A stretch of 64,000 nt of DNA from Phoronis australis (lineage: Eukaryota > Animalia > Phoronida), in NCBI GenBank assembly GCA_002633005.1, contig NMRA01000086.1, forward strand, positions 475,559-539,558, in the 5' to 3' direction. The first letter of the stretch is position 1. Every line of letters begins with the position of its first letter. Positions 63,151 to 64,000 of this stretch are shown in pieces. The position numbers were made by a program, and so were the translations under genes. The notes under the pieces were generated by a model that saw only the letters and a list, made by a program, of their open reading frames with translations, was not told the DNA's origin and ran no database searches.

Positions 63151-63538
63151 AAGGATACCAAACCCAGTTTTGGCCTATAAACAAATACTAAAATTGACAA
63201 TCACCTCCAGTTCTCTGAAACAAATGTAACGCTCTGCAAAACTCGATAACTCTTAAGTGTTTGGAGCAAAATTTGAAAACTCTTTGTAGGGTCTAATCAA
63301 CAAGCAAGCATGGCCTACAACAAGCGTGACCTACGATTTAGACAAGTAACATGATAATTGCAGAGAAAGAACACCTACCAAGACCCATAGTATCCAATCT
63401 GTGATGCAGAGACTACGAGTTCTCACTTCTCAGTTGAATCCTGCTTTGATTGAACACTCAAGTGGGATGCCAATGAAGGATTAGCAGATGACTGACCAAG
63501 GATTGTTTGAAATTACCAAAACAGGGTTTAGTATCCTT
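63151..63538. mobile_element. TTAA-flanked MITE (Kolobok-like), 388 bp
   Basis: 23-bp TIRs AAGGATAC(C/T)AAACCC(A/T)GTTTTGG with TTAA on both sides (63147-63150, 63539-63542). Confidence 0.85.
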
Positions 63539-64000
63539 TTAAGAGTCACATCATGTAACATTATGCATGCCATACACTACCAACATGTTCAGGCCTTGCA
63601 TTATGAAATGAAATGAGCCCAGGCCCAGTCACATTCAAACACATTCACTATGAGGCTCACTCAGAATTTCAGTAACGTCTACTATGACAGCTTTTATAAG
63701 GCTGAAATTGCAGAATATGTAAGCCCCCTTGTTTCATTCAATATATCAGGTCAACAGGTGGACCCCGGACCTGTCAATCATCAGAGAGTGCTTCCACAGG
63801 AGTATGATAAGGGTGAGTCACCAACTGAGGTGGTCACAATGCCCGGGGTATCATCAAGGTGGAAAGCTTTGCAGTATTGTCTCGAGCAGGTATATCCGCA
63901 ACTATTCGGCAGGGTAAACAAAAGAGGCCGTAACTTACCGGTATAAATCCCTGAAGGCAATTACATGGCTATGTAATGCCACAGGCATACAGGGCCGATA

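Overview
This is eukaryotic, AT-rich, intron-containing and repeat-rich DNA from a metazoan, probably a marine invertebrate (inferred from gene and transposon content), in a draft assembly with single-N gaps at 6834, 7896, 18680, 21269 and 59117. Three host genes can be reconstructed by hand. (1) An intronless class A GPCR with divergent motifs and a long ICL3 (14635-15963, minus). (2) A 4-exon mitochondrial rRNA methyltransferase MRM3/RNMTL1 of the SpoU/TrmH family (22495-28560, plus, 388 aa). (3) A convergent multi-exon NFAT5/TonEBP-like Rel-homology transcription factor (about 34588-61937, minus). The rest is a layered transposon landscape: a ~7.8 kb hAT-like element, Kolobok-type elements (TTAA ends, THAP remnants and a P2RX7/nanor-like Cys-rich accessory ORF), four DINE-1/HINE-like Helentron non-autonomous elements carrying arrays of CTCF-consensus motifs, a solo LTR with a 5-bp TSD, PIF/Harbinger-like MITEs including a long fold-back, an L1/Tx1 fragment and several minisatellites. 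The most interesting observations are a spliced, HDX-like homeodomain remnant inside a CAC-terminated element, overlapping start/stop codons at the NFAT5 5' end, a duplicated frame-shifting splice acceptor in MRM3, and CTCF-like motif arrays flanking the MRM3/NFAT5 3' ends. No CRISPR or other prokaryotic system is supported. All family assignments come from motif recognition by eye; no searches were run.
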